Shown here one piece after another: positions 56,894-61,431 of a DNA stretch of 61,431 bases. This DNA comes from a virus: the IMG/VR virus record IMGVR_UViG_3300045988_127488; one strand, written 5' to 3'. The position numbers and the translations under genes are program-made. Numbering within the stretch: the first letter of the stretch is position 1; every line of letters begins with the position of its first letter. A model generated the notes under the pieces. That model did no database searches. It was not told the DNA's origin and worked only from the letters and a program-made list of their open reading frames with translations.

Positions 56894-57020
56894 TATTTTG
56901 AGCAATATTTTTATAATTAAACTTTGCAAAAGTAACAATCTGTAAGCAAATTATTCGTATATTTGCACTAATTAAACATTCAAATTTATGAATAAGAAAA
57001 TTATAGCCTATATACAAGAA

Positions 57021-57052
57021 AAGGGAGTGCTAAGCAACACTCCCCTTTTTTT
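57021..57052. terminator. Intrinsic terminator after the amidase gene
   Basis: GGGAGTG-ctaagcaa-CACTCCC is flanked by T-runs in both orientations. Confidence 0.6.
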
Positions 57053-57068
57053 ATCTATCTAACATCTT

Positions 57069-57494
57069 TTATTCTATATCCTTATATTCAGACATGGCAT
57101 CAAAACAAGGACAATACTTCTTCCATTTCTTGCAGTCTGTCCCCCAAATGTCACGGTGGCCCATGATCTTTGCATCCGGGAATTGTTGCTTAAGTTTATG
57201 AAGCAGCAAAATAAGAGCATCCTTTTGATTTGGAGTGCGGTTGTCGATAGGCTTGCCGTGGCTGTCGATGCCACCCATATAGGCAACGTTGATAGCAGAG
57301 GAGTTATAGCCCTTGACTCCGTTGCTGACCAGCTCTATGGCGAGAAGCTGATGGATGCCACCATTGATGTCAACCACGTAATGATAACCAGGATATTTCC
57401 AACCCTTCAGACGAAATTCAGCCTTGAGATCCTCGATGCTCTGACGTTGCGAGCCAGCTGTACAATGAACAAAAATTCTTTCTATTTTTCTCAT
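57069..57494 (-). CDS. N-acetylmuramoyl-L-alanine amidase (T7-lysozyme/PGRP type)
   Basis: IFVHCTAG, GYHYVVDINGGIHQ, NSSAINVAYMGG, GHRDIWG...CPCFDA. Confidence 0.85.
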   Translation of the reverse strand: MRKIERIFVHCTAGSQRQSIEDLKAEFRLKGWKYPGYHYVVDINGGIHQLLAIELVSNGVKGYNSSAINVAYMGGIDSHGKPIDNRTPNQKDALILLLHKLKQQFPDAKIMGHRDIWGTDCKKWKKYCPCFDAMSEYKDIE

Positions 57495-57517
57495 TTTGAA
57501 ACAAATAGTAGTTTGCG

Positions 57518-57787
57518 TTACTTTTTCTCCTCTTCAAGTAGTCCAAGGGCATCTTGGTAGAAGAGAGGGAATCCCTGCCCGAACTCCTTCAACAGCTTGA
57601 ACTCCTTATCGTCAAGCTCAACCTCACCATCCGACTTGTATATCTTCATAGCCAATGCCATATAGCCGATACCTCTTGCGTTTTGATACATGGCATTAGC
57701 CAACTCCTCTCGGATGTCCTTGGTTATAAACTCGTCCTTCTTGATGTTTGTTGCAATCTGCAACGCAGCGAAATTAATCTTCTTCAT
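57518..57787 (-). CDS. Hypothetical protein
   Basis: 89-aa ATG ORF. Confidence 0.45.
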   Translation of the reverse strand: MKKINFAALQIATNIKKDEFITKDIREELANAMYQNARGIGYMALAMKIYKSDGEVELDDKEFKLLKEFGQGFPLFYQDALGLLEEEKK

Positions 57788-57834
57788 AATTCTTGATAGT
57801 TTTTATTGTTAATAATTTATTGATGTTTGCTATG

Positions 57835-59259
57835 TTAATATGTCTCACTGTAAATCTTTCCATCAGAGGTTATTCCGTCACCCTCAAACTCAGTTTGATA
57901 AATGAGGTTTTTGTCATCTCCTGATACATTGTCCAACTCAAAGACTACATACACGTCCCAGTTCGGGAATTTAAGCGATGTGTTTGTTGCGTTACTTATC
58001 TCAATAGGAATACCAGAATTTAGGTCGAAATAGCTATTGAGGTCTTCTGCGTCAGACTTCTCCTCGTAGCATTCCGTGTTGAATTTCGTTGACTTGACGG
58101 ATTGCGTTGAGCCTATCACATAGTTCGGGAATGTAACGTACCTAGTTGCGATGTATGTATTATCATCGTCATTGGAGCGACCTTCCAAACGTATCTTGAT
58201 TCCTGTCGCATTGCCAGTGAATGAGAAATCGAAAGCGACCTGCAAGAATTTTTTAGACTTGATGATATATGAATTATTATGGTTGTTGAAATAATAATCA
58301 TAAATGGTTGTTGTCGATAGCTTCAGATTCGTTATCTTGATAGTCTTCTTGACAACCTCGGCTGGCTTGTCACTTGCGCCTTCTATGGTATAACTTTGCT
58401 TTGCGATACCGAAACCTGTTCCTGTAGAATTTATCTTAGGAAAAGAAATGCTTCGTGTAAAGACATTGTTGTCACAGACACTTGCCACATTGGTCAAGAG
58501 CGCATATACACTGATAACGTCACCTGCATCCACCTTGAACCCCAATGCCGTTATTGGAATATCATCATCGTTACCAATGAGGGTATTCTTTAAGTCAATC
58601 GTAACGTTGGTTATCTCGTTATCACAAGCCTTCTCGTTTTTGAGTGGGACACTTGATGACACATACTTTGACTTGCCTTTCGTTTCGTTGACAACGTATA
58701 AGGCTGGATATACCTTTCCGCTGCCAAACTGGTAAGAAAGCATGTTGATAATGTCCTCTGCCGTTACAACATTGTCCTTGTGCGTTGGCTCAGAACCTGT
58801 AAAGAACATCACGGAAAACGATGATGATGTGTACATATTTCTTTCAGGGATATAGACTTGCAAAGGGAAAAACTCGGAATCAGCATCATCAATGTTATAA
58901 CCAGCAAAGTCCGTTAAGCGGTAAGGAGAACTTAAACCTCCGACTGGTCCGTTGTATTTCCAAGCACCGTTTGACACGATTTGGGATATTGTGTCGTAGG
59001 CACTCAGGGAATATGCGCCATACTCTAGGTTCTTGTCTCCAAGCCACCACCCTCTGTCTCCTTTTGCAGTCCAAGTTGACTTATCGGAGTTCAATGTATC
59101 GTCAACTGCAACCTTTGCCAATCGGACAGGTTTGTACTTCGACAAAATATTGATGTTCCCTGACTTGCAAAGTGTTGCCAAGTCATTACTTGTCTCTCCC
59201 AAAGCCTCTTTTACATCGTTGATTGTAACTGGGGCTTTGATAATTCCGTTATAAATCAT
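57835..59259 (-). CDS. Tail-associated / receptor-binding candidate
   Basis: 474-aa beta-rich ORF, ATGA-coupled behind the tail-fibre genes. Confidence 0.45.
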   Translation of the reverse strand: MIYNGIIKAPVTINDVKEALGETSNDLATLCKSGNINILSKYKPVRLAKVAVDDTLNSDKSTWTAKGDRGWWLGDKNLEYGAYSLSAYDTISQIVSNGAWKYNGPVGGLSSPYRLTDFAGYNIDDADSEFFPLQVYIPERNMYTSSSFSVMFFTGSEPTHKDNVVTAEDIINMLSYQFGSGKVYPALYVVNETKGKSKYVSSSVPLKNEKACDNEITNVTIDLKNTLIGNDDDIPITALGFKVDAGDVISVYALLTNVASVCDNNVFTRSISFPKINSTGTGFGIAKQSYTIEGASDKPAEVVKKTIKITNLKLSTTTIYDYYFNNHNNSYIIKSKKFLQVAFDFSFTGNATGIKIRLEGRSNDDDNTYIATRYVTFPNYVIGSTQSVKSTKFNTECYEEKSDAEDLNSYFDLNSGIPIEISNATNTSLKFPNWDVYVVFELDNVSGDDKNLIYQTEFEGDGITSDGKIYSETY

Positions 59260-59618
59260 TTCTTGCCTCCTTTCTTCTTTGCGTTGTTGGCGGTCTTCTT
59301 GACCTTGATGTCATTGAGACAGGTCACACCACCGCTGACGTAGAGATTGCCCTTGACCTCCAAGTCTCCGTCAATCACCACGTTGCCATCTATTAACTTG
59401 GTGTCGCTCGGGATTGTGTCTGAAACCACATAGATTGGCTTCTCCACCTCCACGGTCTTCACCACTTCCTTGATTACTTCTTTCTCAACTGGAACTTCCT
59501 TGGTCACCTCCTTGATAACCTCCACAGGAACTTCCACCCTCTTCTCAACGGTCTTGACTACCTCGACCGTTATGTTGGCATTGAATACCTTTGCCAACCA
59601 CTGAATAATTTTCTTCAT
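59256..59618 (-). CDS. Small fibre-associated protein with EV/KEV repeats
   Basis: VEVVKTVEKRVEVPVEVIKEVTKEVPVEKEVIKEVVKTVEVEK is followed by GNLYVSGGVT, the motif shared with the tail fibre. Confidence 0.5.
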   Translation of the reverse strand: MKKIIQWLAKVFNANITVEVVKTVEKRVEVPVEVIKEVTKEVPVEKEVIKEVVKTVEVEKPIYVVSDTIPSDTKLIDGNVVIDGDLEVKGNLYVSGGVTCLNDIKVKKTANNAKKKGGKK

Positions 59619-59643
59619 AAGCTTTATATTTTATATATCTTAC

Positions 59644-61431
59644 TTATAACACAGCCTTTTTCTTTGTCTTTCTTTCCTGTAAGGTTGATAGCTCTTGTGC
59701 TGATGAATACATTGTAAACACTCCTACACTAATTGCCTTCGACATATCTAATATATATTTACTGCCATTGTACGTAAAGACTACATTGACATTATTGTCT
59801 GTATCTCCAAGATAAAAACTACTACCATCAAGTGACATTCTACCATTTTCTTCGCTAACAAACTGAGGACTAAAAATCCAACCATCACTATCTACATGAC
59901 AATTAGTTTGTAAATACAAGTACCCACCATTATCATCAAATATATGCCAATTATAACTTTGATATTCAAATTTTAGTGGATTCTCAGTGTTATCTTTTGG
60001 ATATATTTCGAAAGGACAATCATCACTTGCATAAATTGTATTTTTTTTCGCAGTAACACTCTTAAAAGTAAAGTCAACATTATTACTTGTAGTAGCATTA
60101 TTACTTACACCCAGTGCAGTTATACCTCCAGTAGCATAAACATTTCCTTCTATCTTAAAAGCGTTATTGTCTGCATCCCAAGAGATTTTACCACCACTAT
60201 ATGTATAACCAAAATGAATAGCATTAGTATTAACATCGAAGACATTGCTCTTGAAATCATAATGATAGTCATCACCACTAGTATATATAGTCGTCTTATT
60301 ACCAAATAATAATATTGAAGCTTTGTTATTAGTCATATAACCAAAACCTATATATATGCCTGTATTACTATCAACCTTTAACAATGAATTATTACCTGTT
60401 TCAATATCAAATTCACTACCAGCATATATATTCTTTACATATTTTAAATCAGCATAAGCAGAACTAGTACCAATACTATTATTACCGCTAAAATTATTAC
60501 CCCAAAGAGTAACCGCATTAGCTAATTTATCAGCAGCACTGGCATTACTTACCTTGGTGCCCTTCACGTAACTGTTGAGACCATTGATTTCACTTGTTGA
60601 ATGGGTGTGGCTGCTAGGTGTAAATGTGCTTGGCTTGTTTGTCACGTTTTCCCAAGAGACGCTACCACCACTGGAACCACCACTAGAACCACCAGTAGCA
60701 GATAAAGTAATCTGTGAATGACTATCCCAAGTTACATTAAGTCCACTACCAAAGATTATCTTGAAGTCAGATTCACCATTCCAAGATTCTTCTGAACCAT
60801 CTTTATAGAAACGTAGCTTACCACTAGTAGTACCACTGGAACCACTTCCACTACCAACAGGAATACCAATATCTATACAACCTTTTGTAGAATTTGAACG
60901 AACAGTTGGCTTTGTACTATCACTAATATTAATAAAACGTAGTTTAGTTGCATTAATCCAATTTTCAGAACCTCCTGAATATTCAGGTAACTCTGCTACT
61001 TGTATAGAACCGCCACTACCTCCATCAGCTGTAACCACATACTCATCAACATTCAAAGTCATACTCAAACCACTTCCAAAACGAAGACGACACCCAGTCT
61101 CTCCATTATAAACGAAGAATGTAGAGCTATCTTTGCCTAGCACCTCTAATGGTTTTAAGCTGCCACCACTTCCAGTAGGAGTTTTCCAAACAAAATTACT
61201 ACCATTATAAGTTAGTACTTGACCATTGGCAGTAGGGAAAGGATTTTCACTATTAAGTTTAGTAAGAAGAGTTCCCAAAGAAGCACCACTGCCGCCCGAT
61301 GTACCGCCACCGCTGCCAAGAGCCGTTATGCCACCTGTTGCGTATAAGTTTCCGTTAAAGCACAAGTCACCGTTCTCGTCAAGATAGAGCTTCTTTCTGA
61401 TGGTTGTTTCTCCCTTGGTTGATTGGAACTC
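59644..61431 (-). CDS. Tail fibre / receptor-binding protein, C-terminal part (N-terminal part at 1..954)
   Basis: The track ORF 59644..61365 begins at an internal TTG, and the frame stays open to the window end. It contains Gly/Ser-rich linkers and two GN(L/V)YATGGITALG motifs. The distal third is AT-rich. Confidence 0.7.
   Translation of the reverse strand, partial: EFQSTKGETTIRKKLYLDENGDLCFNGNLYATGGITALGSGGGTSGGSGASLGTLLTKLNSENPFPTANGQVLTYNGSNFVWKTPTGSGGSLKPLEVLGKDSSTFFVYNGETGCRLRFGSGLSMTLNVDEYVVTADGGSGGSIQVAELPEYSGGSENWINATKLRFINISDSTKPTVRSNSTKGCIDIGIPVGSGSGSSGTTSGKLRFYKDGSEESWNGESDFKIIFGSGLNVTWDSHSQITLSATGGSSGGSSGGSVSWENVTNKPSTFTPSSHTHSTSEINGLNSYVKGTKVSNASAADKLANAVTLWGNNFSGNNSIGTSSAYADLKYVKNIYAGSEFDIETGNNSLLKVDSNTGIYIGFGYMTNNKASILLFGNKTTIYTSGDDYHYDFKSNVFDVNTNAIHFGYTYSGGKISWDADNNAFKIEGNVYATGGITALGVSNNATTSNNVDFTFKSVTAKKNTIYASDDCPFEIYPKDNTENPLKFEYQSYNWHIFDDNGGYLYLQTNCHVDSDGWIFSPQFVSEENGRMSLDGSSFYLGDTDNNVNVVFTYNGSKYILDMSKAISVGVFTMYSSAQELSTLQERKTKKKAVL
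61357..61431. repeat. 75-nt terminal overlap identical to 1..75
   Basis: See feature 1..75. Confidence 0.95.

Noticed and set aside
1-61431. Diversity-generating retroelement, retron or other reverse-transcriptase-based system targeting the tail fibre
   Set aside because: I found no ORF with reverse-transcriptase motifs (YxDD) and no template/variable repeat pair among the fibre genes.

Overview
The window is a complete, circularly closed genome of about 61,356 bp. Nt 1-75 are identical to 61357-61431, and a tail-fibre ORF reads straight through that junction. It looks like a temperate tailed phage of a Bacteroidota host. Support for the host: TAnnTTTG -7 promoter boxes, starts I inspected lacking obvious Shine-Dalgarno sequences, and a Bacteroides-style tyrosine integrase. 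All calls are motif-based from reading the translations; no homology search was possible.

Modules recognised:
- Packaging and head: large terminase, portal, scaffold and a capsid-protein candidate.
- Lysis cassette: holin, GH19 endolysin and a unimolecular spanin, plus a separate T7-lysozyme-like amidase.
- Lysogeny island: integrase, a likely attP region and an XRE repressor, with AT-rich cargo genes.
- Early/replication operon on the + strand: ASCH protein, two stand-alone DNA methyltransferases, an initiator carrying an internal iteron array, and a VRR-NUC nuclease.

Most unusual observations:
1. One uninterrupted 5,710-aa ORF takes up about 28% of the genome. It carries a C5-methyltransferase, a pyrophosphatase-like module, an ART-like module and three zincin-like modules, as in a polyvalent effector protein.
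2. A compact rhomboid-type intramembrane protease sits in the terminase operon, and the capsid-protein candidate carries a Sec-like signal/anchor.
3. The conserved motifs of a stand-alone C5-methyltransferase are split across two overlapping open reading frames.
4. A palindrome-containing promoter architecture is repeated in front of five operons.
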